Of a DNA stretch of 64,000 bases, positions 25,594 through 39,271 are shown one piece after another. Source of the DNA: Lingula anatina (lineage: Eukaryota; Animalia; Brachiopoda). A program made the translations under genes and the position numbers. A model generated the notes under the pieces. That model was not told the DNA's origin and ran no database searches. It worked only from the letters and a program-made list of their open reading frames with translations. Each line of letters opens with the position of its first letter. The stretch's first letter is position 1. The DNA is taken from the NCBI GenBank assembly GCA_051362555.1, contig CM120641.1:27968401-28032400 (forward strand), written 5' to 3'.

Positions 25594-25624
<31 letters not shown>

Positions 25625-25981
25625 CAGCAGGCTGGCAGCCTAGCAATAATCTATCTGACAGTGTCTCTTGGCTATGACAAGATGTCACAACATAGATTAT
25701 CATTATTTTATGACATCAGGACATTTTTTTCTATCATGAAGTAATGGTATTGTGGTCCCTTACCATGTACATTATCACTTACAAAATATAATAACTTAAT
25801 TAAGTCTCAGATAAGCATTGCTCATCATATAAGATTGTGTATGAAGATTTTTGATATTTCAATCGTGCCTTAATTGCACTGGGATTCCAAATCCTAGTTA
25901 TGGATTAGCATAATTATATAATAGGTGTGTAAATCACAACATAAATCAAAGAAATTGATTCACTATAACTGATCAGATTAC

Positions 25982-26060
25982 CTGGTGTGTAACCATAGAA
26001 ATTTGTTCGATGCAACCGTTCGCGGAACCTCAACTGCAAGAATTTATTCGAGCTGCTCAT
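25982..26060 (-). CDS. SYNE1: Candidate nesprin alternative first coding exon H (26 aa)
   Basis: MSSSNKFLQLRFRERLHRTNFYGYTP+G|gtaatc; 79 nt = 26 codons + 1; in-frame stop upstream. Confidence 0.45.
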
Positions 26061-28375
26061 ACTGACATGTTGAATTCAGAGCAAGTACTAGTATTGATCC
26101 GATCATATTCCATCCCATCCATTATAAGATGATTCTTAGTGAAAATCTTGGACTATATTGCTATCTTCATCTCTAGTCACTAAAAATACAATCTCCTTTC
26201 TAAATTACTTTACAATCAGACCTCCAAATGTGCAGGCATTCATTCCATACTAAAGAGTAAATCGCAGCAGAAGTGGCCATCAGCATAAAAGGATTATATC
26301 ACAGTCGTCACATCCGATGGAAATTTTCCAGTTTCCTTGATTCTTAATTGAGAATTACATATAGACATTCTAAACCCTTTTAAAGCAATGTCAGATCCAA
26401 TGTCCCTTTCTGTATGTCTCTCAGTCTTAACTTATGTGGATCGAATATACAAATCATGGCTATGCAGGTCCCTTTTTGTTCAGTTTCTATTGTTCTCATA
26501 TCATGTCTTTAAAATATAATAACCCTGCTTTTAACAGTTATGCTAACGCATGTGTCAAAAATAACATCCAACCGATTAAAACATTCACCACACCGGAAAA
26601 ATTTATCCATTTTCTGCAACGATAGAAACAAAATGCCAACTACATTATATCTGCAGCAGGAAGCCACTGATTTAGAAGCATTGTGTGCATCCAAATCGTT
26701 CTACAGATTCACAGAATTGGGAGAAAAAAATCAATGGACGTAATGTGGTCGGGCAGGTGCCATCAGAGCCAGGGGAATAGGAGGATGAATCAATGAACAA
26801 TGGATTAAAGCATTTCCAATTAAATATACAGTCAGGTTATGCTGCAGTCATTATTAGCTTGTTAAGTGTTCTTATATTATATATATATCAATAATCAATT
26901 TTGCTGCATTACAAATATTTACATAACATTCTATAACCCATAGCAGCAACAAAAAATATGTAATAAAGGGAATGCCATTTAGGTAGTAATTATTGCTCTG
27001 TTCAGACAATTAGGACGTATTTGTGTCTAATAGGGAAGACAATTATACTCCAACGAATAACAAAATGAAAAACACTGACCTCATAACTAAGGTGATATCC
27101 AAAAAAGATTTACTGTCAAATTAATTTTATTTTCTTTGTTTGGTTTTGTTTGCAAAAATGCAAATCTTCACCTGTAAGTCCGATTAAATAGAGCTCCCTT
27201 ATCTGAAGAAATAGCAGTTAGTATTTGGCTTAGTGTAATCTCTTATCTTAAGGTGTCCATTAAATAGACGGGCTGCTAGAGAGCCAGGTATGGACAACTT
27301 AAACATGCCCTCTCATGTTTGTTGTTGCTGTTATAGGAATCAGACATAAACATGACTCTACTTAAAGTTCAGGTACAATTAGCAAGAAACATCTGTAACA
27401 GGTCTAAAAAAATGAAAAATGACCGACTGACATCACTTAATTCAGACTTCAGTGCCTGGTTTAGAAAGAAGCTGTAAAACAGTGCAAATCATTGGCCTGT
27501 AAAACTATGAGGACATTTTCAGTACTTTTCCCTTTGCTCCTTATGTCAACTTCATCTCATTCATCTAACAAAAACAACATACCCAAACCTTTGAAACAAA
27601 TGAAACTGACTACCATTTTTCACCTTTACAAACCTCTGTAATAATTAATCTCAATTTTTTTTAGTCTTTTTTACAGCTAATGGAGCTATAAATGTTAAAT
27701 ATCACAAGTCATCCCCAATACTTGTTTTATTCAGCAATCTGGTCCTCTGCTGACATAACCGAATTAGTCTAATTTCAGTCTCAGTTGAAACTGATGTGTA
27801 CACGTCCTTACAATCTGAGTCTAAGCTTGAACTGATGTGTACGTGCCTTTAAGTCAGACTAAAACCTGTTGTTAAAAACTAAAAGAACAACCATTCGATC
27901 AGCTCAGTTTATATAACTAAACATGAAAAAGCATGTATGCATGGGTTCCAGGCAGCACTTCACATCCAGTCTGATTTTAATCTGCCAATCCAAATACAAA
28001 CATGTCCATTAAGTTTATACTCAGCATAATTTATTCTCTCTCTTGATAATACATTACTACCAGGTAAGGATACCAAAGCTAGTTACGGTGCCGAATAACC
28101 AACAAACTAGTTCTATTTTGAAAATATACATTGTATCTTATGAGGAATGCTGTTTAATGAGTAAATCTTTCATATGTCTACCATGCCAGTCACTTTATTA
28201 CAAGCACACAATATCCCAATTTTAATATTATAATGAGACTTCTTAGACTACAGTCGTTAAACCCAATTAATATGAAAACGGCTTAATGTATTTTTTCTCT
28301 TGAGAAGTTCCATTTCAAAAGTAAATCTTTGCTTTGCGAATGAAGTCAGCTACTGCGCCATATATCAAAACTTAC

Positions 28376-28478
28376 CCCTTTTTAAATTAAAATAAGATCT
28401 CTTGGCCTGAGCTCTGAATATCTCTGCTGTCTCCTGCCATAAAGTTTTACCATTTCTCTTATTGTCATCATCTGCCAT
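28376..28478 (-). CDS. SYNE1: Nesprin alternative first coding exon G (34 aa)
   Basis: MADDDNKRNGKTLWQETAEIFRAQAKRSYFNLKR+G|gtaagt (consensus donor); 103 nt = 34 codons + 1. Confidence 0.7.
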
Positions 28479-29608
28479 AATTATTATTATTATTATTATC
28501 CAAGTTCCACAAAATCACCCCATAAATGTACTCAGATCCTAAACTTGATCTTTGTGGAAGTCAAAATATATGTAGTTCCCCATTTACAAACACAAGTGAT
28601 TAATGAAATTTGCTGGTCTCACTAAAATGTCCGTTTGTATCCTAAGCGACAACGTAAAAGATATTGAACTTTATCTGTTTAGAGTCAAACGGTTAGCGTT
28701 AAGCTTACATCTTATGAACTAATAGCGACTAAACTGTTCTTTCTTGGGGAGATAAGAAAAGTATAAATCTTTGATAAGTTTTATCTATAAAAACATACAC
28801 ACCAACACATTCTATTTCATAGAGGCTTTGCTTCAAAGCTTGGCTACTTTTGGAGTAAGTATGTTTTTAATTTTATGTGGTATGAAGATTTACTACTCAA
28901 TATATCTTTTTTATTTCAAGAAGTTCATTTATCTCCCCCTCCCCCCTGATAAATCCGATCATTTGTTTAGTACCGAAAGTAAATAGTACGCAGATACCTT
29001 CAGTGTTATCTTCAAGTGCTTCTCGGTTTCTGTGGAGTTGAGAAGAGTTCTCAACACAGATCTATCCCACAGCCATCATTAAATAGAACCTCGGAAAGCT
29101 AACAATGCACTGAACAAGTTGTAGTCCAAAGTCATCTGGCACGACACTTCACAATTATATATATTAATCTGGCCAGAAACATTTTTTCTTGAAGATTATT
29201 ACCAAAATCAAGGTAAGTGCTAATGTTATGACTGTATAAATTGACCTATTAAACATATTTTGTTTGCTTACATGTCTGTGTGCATGTGTGTGTGGATGTA
29301 TGTGTGCAAACATGCATGTGTGAGAAAAAAGGGAAGAAAAGACAAAGAAAAGAAGAAAAAAAAGGAAAGGAAATTCTTTACAGAATACCAAAAAGTTTCA
29401 CCATACAGTAATATAGCTAAACAGAAAGGAGAACGTGATGCTTTGGAAACATCTTACTGCATGCTGATATGAGACATACAAGCTAATGCTGCACATGACT
29501 ATGTGATCTGAGACAAATAAAAGCAGTGAAACAGGAATGCCATATCACCCTGGGGTTTCATTCTGGGTCATGGGGCTCATGGGCATAAACATCAACCATA
29601 AACACTAA

Positions 29609-29813
29609 GACAGGTTTCCCATGCTAGATTGACCCATCTGGATCGGTCTATCTCCCTGGGGAATCTCACTAAATTGCTATCTACTAACCGGCTTCAAAGT
29701 CTTTTAAGCCGGTTATGTTGATGGCAATGTAGTGATACTCTCCAGGGAGTATCACTACATTGCCATCAACACTACTGAGATAGATCGATCCAAATATCTG
29801 TGGGAATGGTCCC
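29609..29813. mobile_element. PIF/Harbinger-like MITE, copy 2, with internal perfect hairpin
   Basis: Flanked by TAA...TAA; its end GATAGATCGATCCAAATATCTGTGGGAATGGTC is, apart from one mismatch, the reverse complement of the start of copy 1. Confidence 0.65.
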
Positions 29814-30093
29814 TAACACATGCACCAACATTGAAAAAAAATACATCACAATAAAGAACAAAAACTACCCTTTAAGATAACAGGACTGCTTGGGGAAAAA
29901 CTAAATGGTGACAACAACGACAGCCAAGAAGGACACCAAGCCTTACTCTTCAAAATGCCTCGGTGCATTTCTACCCACACAAGGGGACAACCAGGGGAGA
30001 TTTTGCAGCGAGGACACCATTTCTTTTTGTCATTCCACTGAGGACAAGTCACACTTTGGGACGACAGGCAAAGCTCGTGAAACCCTAGCCCAC

Positions 30094-31189
30094 CTTTTAA
30101 TGTATTGCTGGCAGTCTCCGTCCAGATCCTCAAATCCATCTGAGCTCCTCCCGTGGGTCTGGAACCATGCCTCCCTGGCTGTAGGTCGATCTGAAACCCA
30201 GCGATCTGCTTCAGAGGTCTTGAATGGACAGGATGGAATGATGATGATGATGTTGATGACGATGATGATGAAGACTGTGAAAACTGCTCCTCTGTGACAA
30301 TTTCCTGAGATGTGGTTCTCGATCTGGAGACAAATCTGTAAGGTGTGGCATCTCGCTGTCGATCTCCAAGAAGTAATACACTATCCTCCGTCGTTTCTCT
30401 AGCAAACTGGCCACTTGGAGACATGTTAATTGGCATTGGATGATGAATGATTATAGGTAGTCCATGTGAGTCGGATCCTGAGGAGGGTCTGGATAACTTG
30501 TGGCCATAGGATATGTGGACACTGCTGTGTGAATCGGAACTAATTGGCGGAGGAAGAGAAGTGACCGCTGGTGGTGGCTCCATCTCTCGAGGCCTCAGTG
30601 TTGAGACATGTACCATATGAGCCAGACTCTCCGTGTGAGGCCCAATCAATGGCTTCCTGCTCCTCGGACCCCAATCTGATGGGAGCAAATTATCCAATAC
30701 AGGACTGGAGCGACCTATTGGCTCAAAGTCTGACATATCCTCGTGTGTTTCGTCTAAATTTGAGCTTGGCACACGCGTCCTAATGCTAGGCTCGCTCAGG
30801 AAGCCACTGTCATCATGGCGTTTTGGACGTTCTGTTGTTATACGCCAATGAAGCAATGGTGCTTCCTCTGAGGTTGGATTTCCAAGAGGACATTTTCCCG
30901 AATTAGCAGCCATGTCTGGTTCTTTATTGTCACTACTAACAGGAATATCTCTAGGTTTTCTTAATTCTATATTTGGTCTCTCACCTTCCTCATCCACAAA
31001 CCCTGCCTTGGAAACAGGGGAACGTTGTGTACTCGGTAAAATACTGTTGTCCTTAGAAATTTCGCTCGGTTCAAATTTTATAGGTGGGTTTCGTACGTCT
31101 GTCCAGGAGCCTCGATTGGCTGCACAACAGCAGAGTTTACAAGACTTGCACTTTTTCTTCCTTTTGCGTACCTTTTCCTTTCCATCCAT
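30094..31189 (-). CDS. SYNE1: Nesprin alternative first coding exon F (365-aa disordered N-terminal extension)
   Basis: Part of the 447-aa ORF 29846-31189. Phase-1 donor AAAG|gtgggc after ...MDLRIWTETASNTLK (1096 nt = 365 codons + 1); a second phase-1 donor is possible at 29869. Confidence 0.7.
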
Positions 31190-33865
31190 TAATCACACAG
31201 TAGGGACCGCCATAAGCAGTCACTTTCAATCAATATCTTGCGTCCATTTTTGTTTCCTTCAAAGCTTGTTTAGATTCACTGGTTATTTTAGTATGCATCA
31301 TTACCTATCTCGTATTGCTTTGCCATTCACAAATGATAAATTATTTATTACTTGTTCATCCTCTTTTGGGTGATAGTTACATGTACAAAACTTGGGCACT
31401 GGCATAAACTGTTTGATTATTTATTAGTACTTTTTCAGTTTCCCTGGGTTGAAAGAAATGTCTTGCTTGTCCCTCCCATACAATATTCAATATCTTTCAA
31501 AATGCCATTAGAATTTCCCGTGCACTTGGGTTTTTAGATTGTATAAATTTTCTCCTTTTGATGATCAGGCAATATGATAGCTAACCAATCAATTTTCTCC
31601 AAGCAATCTTCTTAAATGCATGTTTAACTTTCTGGTTGCGATTGAAAATCAATCATAAAATGAACCTCCAAGTCCTTGTAACATTCTTCTGTCACATAAT
31701 AAGATTTAACAGGTCAAAAACACAGGTTGAGTTCTGTAAGTAAATCTTCATTCAAAAAGGTTTTAAAGGATTTTTTTACACCTATTTCTCAAATCTATCA
31801 CCTGTGTGTGGCCGATATCTCCATCCTGTGATTAAGTCAATGTCCCTCCATAAAATATTTGTGTTGTGCACAAGTCCCAGCTGGTCCCTCGTGACTTATT
31901 ATGTGAGCCGTCAAAACAACATTCTCCTTCAGTTTGTAAGTACCTCCCTGGTGACACTCGGCCAGATATAAGCTTCTTATATATAGATATATTGTATAGT
32001 TTCCAGCTATGTTCACCTTTCCCTGTCCTATTATGGTCAGTTGCATTCCTGAGAGCTAAAAGTGCAGCGTGAGTTTATGCTTCTGATACAATTCTCATAG
32101 CATTCCTCAAATTTGTTATTCCTGGATCTTGTTGCCTTCAAGGAAATTCCCACGAAAATCGGACAAATCCTCTGTCAAATGTTTCTCAAGTTCCATGTAC
32201 AAATTCGTGTCATTCTCGATTTTCATTGGCGTTAGTATACGCTTAGCCTAAATGAAGTTTGTTTGCATGCACTGTTGTGTTTACACACTGTGTTTAATGG
32301 CTGGAGAAAGTGAACATAGAATACACCTGAGTTCTGAATAATTACCTCACAATGCTCCATTCATAAGTAAATACGTCCCTGGGTTCTGGCTCTATGAAGC
32401 ATTGAAAGTCTATCACCTCTGCCTTGCTAGTGGTGGTCGCGTTCTCTGGTCAAACAATAACACAGCCGGTTCTTTCAACCAGCATTTGTGTACGTCTCAT
32501 TCAAACAATTGAAAAAACTGCCTTTGAAAAATTTGAAGCTTAAATTTGCAGAAATAACTGTTTTCAATTAGCAGACAATGGAACAAATTTTATAACTTTA
32601 CAGGCAATTTAAGGCACAATTACACTGTTCCACATCCCATACTGGATACACCAGAGAGGCTGATGGGTTCTTGCAGCTTGTATGTACCTAAACTTACTTG
32701 TATGGGATCAATAAAGTCCCCATCTACTATCCTATGGCCATCCTAATGAAAAGTTTGTTTACCTGAGGCTTTGATTCAGTAAGTGAGACCCAACTTCAAT
32801 CAATAACACAACTGCAATTTTTGGTCACAACAAAAAGAAAAGTCAATATTACGAGAAACAAAACCATTCAAAACTTTATCAATTACGTAATCTGCTAATT
32901 TGTTCGAAAAACACGATGTAGGAAAAAAAACAATCTAAACGTTAACACTTTCTTTAAGTGCTAAATTACCTTATTATCCAATTCATTATCTTAGCACTGA
33001 GTAATCCATGAAATGATGAGTATCAAGAGTGCGATCAAAAGCCTGGATGAAACGGTAGCATGTAATCTGCAATGAGCACATGTTATTGTACATAATTTGT
33101 CTACCTAAAGCAAACACCCAGAAGGAGACTTAAATCTTCCTTAATACTTTCTATATATATCATCTTACTAATAATATTGGCAATTTGATTAATTGCAGTG
33201 TTTTGTACATGTTAAAATGTCCGTGCTGAGCATTTTCAACTGAGACCGAAATATAGCTTGGCAGTCACGGGATGAAAAAATACAGTAATTATTGTCTAAT
33301 TATCTAAAGCTTTCAGCCCCTAGGCCTTCTTCAGGGATTTTTTGCGAAGCATTATTTTCTCTGAAGTGTTGCTGAACAATGTGCTTCATCTGAATGTTCC
33401 ATCCTCAATACTCCTGAGTCCTCCAACCGTAAGCCACATTTTGCATTAATCGCGCATGCACGCACGCACACACACACGCACGCACACACACACATGTCAG
33501 TACATTTTAAGATTCAAAGGTTGTATTCGGTAAATGCACTGACACTTCACAAAGCACTGTTTAATGTGCCATGCATACGTAGACCAAATTCAATGTGTTA
33601 GAGAAGACAGGTGAGATTTTATCACAGTAGGATTGTGTTGGAGAAGATTTCAGATTTACGTTTTCCTTACAAGAACAGATGTAAATAAAATCATTGAATA
33701 CATTAAAAATTACCTTGTGTTGTACAATTAGGTCAATTTTCAAACTTTCCCTGTATTTTTACAAAACAAAATCTCCTAGGAAATCTAAACTAGTAAAACA
33801 AAACTATGATTGGGGAGTTGTGAAGCAAGAAATGCATTAACATGAAAAAAACTAGCTTATGCAGA

Positions 33866-34250
33866 TTTGTGAACTTGACCTGTATTTTCACAAAAAAAAA
33901 AATCAAATTAATTTCAAAGCAGAAAAGAAATATGGTTTAGCAGCCATGGGGTAAACAGAAGGTTACACAACAGCTAACAGGCAGATAGTCAACCAGAGTA
34001 TACACTCCCAATGTCTCTTTGTACAAACAAGGGGTATCATAATTTATCCAGGAATTCAATATTATGCAGCAGTAAAGGCTGAATCTGCTTTGTGAACTTG
34101 ACCTGCATTTTCACCAAACGAAACCTCAAAGTAAATTCAAAGCAGAACGAAATTTTGGGATGTTAGTTATGGGGTTAAAAAATCAACTTACAGTCTCAGG
34201 ATATACAAATAAGATGCATTATAATTTTTCCAGGAATTTAAAATTATGCC
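33866..34250. repeat. Degenerate ~200-bp tandem duplication
   Basis: TTTGTGAACTTGACCTG(T/C)ATTTTCAC, TTCAAAGCAGAA and CCAGGAATT..A.ATTATGC each recur in the same order. Confidence 0.6.
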
Positions 34251-35565
34251 GCTCCCATAAGAAACACAATCCGGACATAAAGTTAAGATTTCGAAAAGCC
34301 ACAGCTTGCCCACTGCAATAACCAAGATAAGTAGGCCATTAAAATCATGTCTGCAATCAAATACAAATTTATTGCAGCACCAGGGTCAGACCTTGCCCAT
34401 AAATTGTACAGTTATTGTGTGCTGAGGGGAGTCACATATTACACTGCTAACATACAACATGGTGACTGCAACACCGCTGTGACCTGGCTGTACCTTTCAC
34501 TCCACTCAGAGGGTCTGTTTGTGAGATTGGTTTACCATTGCCATAGAAACGCCATGGCAACACTATGCTTTCAGCATGCCTCCATGGATCCTGTGCAAGT
34601 GAATGAGAACACGTGTGGAAGAAAGCTGCCTCCTACAAAGGGAACTTTTACCTCAAACAAGAAAAAAATTACAGTCACACAAAATTGTTGTTTAAGTGGC
34701 TTGCACTTTATACTAATGAGAACTCTTGTACCGTATAGGGAGTGCTTTTGCTCTTTTCTACCAGACCTGGCAATATAAAACAACATGTTGGCAAGGCATC
34801 AACAGTCCTAGAACCTGGGCCCTAGAACTTCATCACCTAGTCACAAGAATATGATCAAATAAAAAGGAAACTGCAACCATATTCTAACCAAGCAACATAA
34901 CTGAAAATATGATACATGAAGAACTATTAAACCCTGTATAAACACACTCGGCCCTGCTGCCTAATCTAATGTTGTTATGTATAAAACAACCAGACCCTAC
35001 AATCAACTTAAAATACCCCCTTCAACTGCAACTGTGAGGTTGCCTATATCAAACAACTGAAACAAAACTTATTATGAGGCCTGCGTTTTGAAAATGTGCT
35101 GAACTTTACATTTGTTTATTCATTATTCACAGTCAGCCCAGTGTTTGGGTACATTTCGAGCTCGAGTGAGAAGACTGAATGACCAGCTCCAATGTACACC
35201 AACACAACTGTTTAAAGATCAGCACAATTAACAATACTGAACAGAGGTGGTGGATTCCTTTGTTGTTACTAATCAAGGAGACTTATGGATTTCCAATCCT
35301 ACTCAAACATGTCACCTGCTGCCTTGTAATATAGAATGGGTGGAAAACAAAAGTTTTTATTCCCTTTTCAAGAATTCTTGCCAAAATCTAGAAATTACCA
35401 GGCATAATATATTACACCATATTCACAGTTATTTTTTCTAGTTCAAGATCATATTGATCATACATGTTAGTCCTGTGCATAAGTTTTTCACCTATCTTCA
35501 TGGGGGGACCAATAATTGTAAGAACTGAAAAACCAAATGATAAAAATTCCCATCTAAAACAATAC

Positions 35566-35608
35566 CTTTCTTGGCTAAGCCCTGTCTCTCAGTGAACCTT
35601 GCAGACAT
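35566..35608 (-). CDS. SYNE1: Candidate nesprin alternative first coding exon E (14 aa)
   Basis: aaagATG: MSARFTERQGLAKK+G|gtattg; 43 nt = 14 codons + 1; same donor string as constant exon 18. Confidence 0.45.
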
Positions 35609-37335
35609 CTTTTGTGTTCAAGTGATCCTTTATAAAAAGAGTATCTGTCCTTGCCCTACATGTATAGGGTCCAGCAACAATAGCAGCAGTATCAATTTCC
35701 TCAAAGTCCACCGTCAACTTCAAACATCAGCTGGAGCAGTGGCACACCTTCATAAGCCAGTGCACGCAAATTCTTGTCTTGAAAAAAACAGTGGTGGCAT
35801 TTGCTCAACCGACTTACACGGTACCCTGCTGTGACAGATATTTGTGACCCAATTAACTTCTGAAACTTCAGAAACGCTGAGTGGTCACATGACCTCAATA
35901 ACAGTTTCCAATAAATTTGACTAGCAGAACAAACAGCACAGTTTACATAACACACTGGGACATAATCTGTCAAACAGAATTTTTTAGCAGGCCGGGTAAA
36001 GTGGTATTGGATTTCTTTAGAAGGAGTGTTTTAATTGAGGGTGAGTATGTTGAGGACAACTACTACAATACATGTAGGTCTATCCTACAGAAACAAGGTG
36101 GCAATAAACTCTATTCACAATTTTAAATTATTTAGTGAAAATTATTAAAAGCAAATTTAATCTACACAGTAGTATCAGGAAGAGTTACTTGGGGAATGGT
36201 TTTTAAAAAAGTGAACCTCCATATAAAATGATACTTGAAACAGCCAAGTAGGTGGATTCACACTGAACCCATTAAATTAAGATTGATCTTTGTGACTTTT
36301 TGATGTGATACATGTAACTGCAATGTTATCATCAATACTTGTCACAACATAGAGCATTTAGCTAGGACACCTGGTATTATACAGGACTGTCATGCAATCA
36401 GGAGGAGGTAAGAAGCTCCTCTATATATATATTTGGTCAGACCTGCAGGTATAGACTGTACCAAAATATTAAGGCAAATTCAAATAAAAATTCTTGTTCA
36501 CCATGCAACCAGTGACAGTACCTGTGTTGTAAAAATTACTATGATTATTTTTTTCAGATATTTAGTTTGATCATGAATACACGATAATGGAGTTTTATGG
36601 CTCAATTCAGAATTTTAATAATGATCATTTGTAATAATAATAATTTAAATAATTATCTTTATTAAAAGACTGGGACAGTTATGTCTCTGATTGCACATAC
36701 CCATATACCAGGGTTTAAGCAAAAATGAGAAAACCCTTTGATGCATGTAACAGTTCTTAACCAAAACATTTTAAAATCACCTTTCAACAATCCATTAATC
36801 TGAAACAATTTTCTCCAAATTTTGCCACATGCTTAAAGGTAAATATTGTACTAAGACTGTGTGTGTATGTTCAGTTCATTTCCTGTTGACCCTAAATGAC
36901 CAAATGTCCAGGCCAGTAGTACTTTTAATGGTATTTCACCTCCCTGTCTGGTCCATGTCCAGACATATCAATTGACCATACAAATCATCTAATTAAAATC
37001 CCCCTGAGACTGGTGGAGCACTTCACAAATTATTTCACAGCATGTGGAGTCTATTCCCCGAGTGGAACCTGTGTGCATGAATTACTGTGTGTTAATGTGA
37101 TCCATGTGGATTTTTATGGAAAATTTGCCCAAAGTGGAATAAAATCACCGGAGAAGACTATCTTTCTACGTAATAAATTTAATTTAGTTGCACCTATGAC
37201 AAACTGAACATGTCAGGTTAAAATTCCACTTCTTTTATTACCTTTATCTGTAAAACTAGATGACCCTGAATGGCTTGTTTCAGATGCACCATATGTAATC
37301 TGAACCTTTCTGTTATTTGATGGCAATAAAAACTG

Positions 37336-37358
37336 TTTTTTTTTTTTTTTTTTTTTTT

Positions 37359-37391
<33 letters not shown>

Positions 37392-37400
37392 GGGGGGGGG
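37336..37400. repeat. Poly-T followed by poly-G low-complexity tract
   Basis: About 54 T (one G interruption) followed by G10. Confidence 0.9.
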
Positions 37401-39183
37401 TGAAAAGCAGTCAAATGAATATAAAATATTTGTACCAAGACATATCAATAAAGATGACAGATATGGCGCCACTGCAACATCTTTCTTTCTTTCTATCAAA
37501 ACAATGTTCTTTAAAATATGACATTATCGTTTTTCTTTTCTAAATTACCAGATTTCTTTCATTATTTTACTCTACAAATATATCCAGTGTGCAGTCTTGA
37601 ATCCAATCCGTGATTGCACAAAAACAAGAAAATCTTTGCATAAAATTCACAGCTGCTGGTATTGAGGGATTCATTCATAAAATCAGAGTAAACAGTAACT
37701 TCTAAAATTCTTTTTCTACAAATTTCCAATCCTCGTGCAGACCTTTATTCATTACAGTGCTGAAAACACCTTTTTCCCGTTTTATTCTGATCTGACACAG
37801 ATCTTTTGTACATATTAATCCTGACATCGCCAAATATTTTGTTAACCTCAGCTTTATGTAATTCACACTCCAAGTCTGACCTTTGGCGAGATATTAAATG
37901 GTTTACCGAGCTAAGTAAAGTTTACAAAACCTCCTTACTGTTGGCGGTCAGGACCTATTATCATAATAATGTTCTACGAAGATGCAACAAAATGCATTGC
38001 ATGAAATACGTGGTACAATGAAACTGGAGTTTGGTATGCAGCAACTTTTTTCCTTGGGTGGCCAGTGATATATGCTTCTTCATTTCTTTGTTGTTAAACA
38101 ATCTATTTCTACAGTTTGTAAAATGTGAAACTTGTTGCATATTTTAGTGAGATTACTGCATTATTTCAATTTTTTGTTTTAAAAAATTAATCATCAAAAC
38201 TGCCACAGTAAATTAAAAAATGATTCAACTCTTCTTCTTAATTTTTCACTACATAAAATATATGCAAGGAACTGTACCGCAAAAACATATTCTAAAATTG
38301 AAGCGAAAACTCCATAACACTACGCAGTAGTCAAATATTCAAAATATTAATTCTACGCACACTGCATTTCATATATATAATACATAACAGATATAAACAT
38401 CAGTCAATATTGGAGAATTTGCATGTGGGTTACGTTACAGACCCTGCACATTTGCACACAAAGCCTGGGAACCATACATTTACACAAGTGATGTGAAAAC
38501 GATGTAACCTTATTGATCTACGTAACAGCTCTTCTAAATGACAATTGCAAAGCTAAGGTTCAGGGAACATTAACCGAGGCATTATGTCATTAATCCTTTT
38601 TGGTGAAGAAACAATTTCATGGGGACAACAATTTGTCCCCAACTTGAAAAACGACAGGATTCTATGTGCCTGAAAAAACTACACACTATCACACATTTTT
38701 TTCTGTTAACTGTTAATATCATGAAAGAGCTACAAAACTACTGGTCAAATGTGAGCTTTAACGCCCATTTCACTAGACCCATACCCTGACATGCTAAAAA
38801 GGATATGTTAGTGTGACAACATGCCACAGAGATGGACAAGCTGTAATTGTTCGCCTTAGCTATTATCCAATTATCACGAAATCCTCCCCTCTGTTTTTCC
38901 AACTTTTCACCTGGTTTAACCATTCCAGAAAAAAATTCAAATATTGTGATAATCTAGATGACACTTTGCTTTTACTGAAATTACAGAAATCGCTTTATCA
39001 TATATAAATATATATATATATGAGCAATTCCATTTCTATTAGAAGCCATGTATTCAAAACCGTGTTCCATAATTTCAATATTTTGCATTGGATTACATAA
39101 GGCTGGGAGGCAGGCAATGCCTGTTGACATATATCAATTCTCCTGAATGTCAGGTACAAACTGAACATTTCACTTCATCTTAC

Positions 39184-39271
39184 CTTTCAACTCCTTCAGT
39201 CTGTCTTGGTACCTGACATCGGCAGCAACAAACTGCGTTGCTCTCATTTTCCTGGACAATTCCCCATCCAT
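39184..39271 (-). CDS. SYNE1: Nesprin alternative first coding exon D (29 aa)
   Basis: MDGELSRKMRATQFVAADVRYQDRLKELK+G|gtaaga; 88 nt = 29 codons + 1; RLKELK-DEQE resembles the pre-CH1 helix of spectrin-family proteins. Confidence 0.75.

Noticed and set aside
28999-29080. Donor GAAG|gtatct as another coding first exon
   Set aside because: The phase-1 frame hits TAG with no ATG; at most a non-coding 5'UTR exon.
29846-30093. C-terminal ~80 aa of the 447-aa ORF treated as a stand-alone gene
   Set aside because: A good phase-1 donor at 30094 follows a helix-like segment suited to precede CH1. The downstream part is more likely intron read-through, although a second donor at 29869 cannot be excluded.
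31802-31824. ATG GAG ATA TCG GCC ACA CAC AG|gtgata mini-exon
   Set aside because: Phase 2, incompatible with the phase-1 CH1 acceptor.
37218-37499. ORF with poly-Lys tract
   Set aside because: Translation of the poly-T/poly-G low-complexity run.
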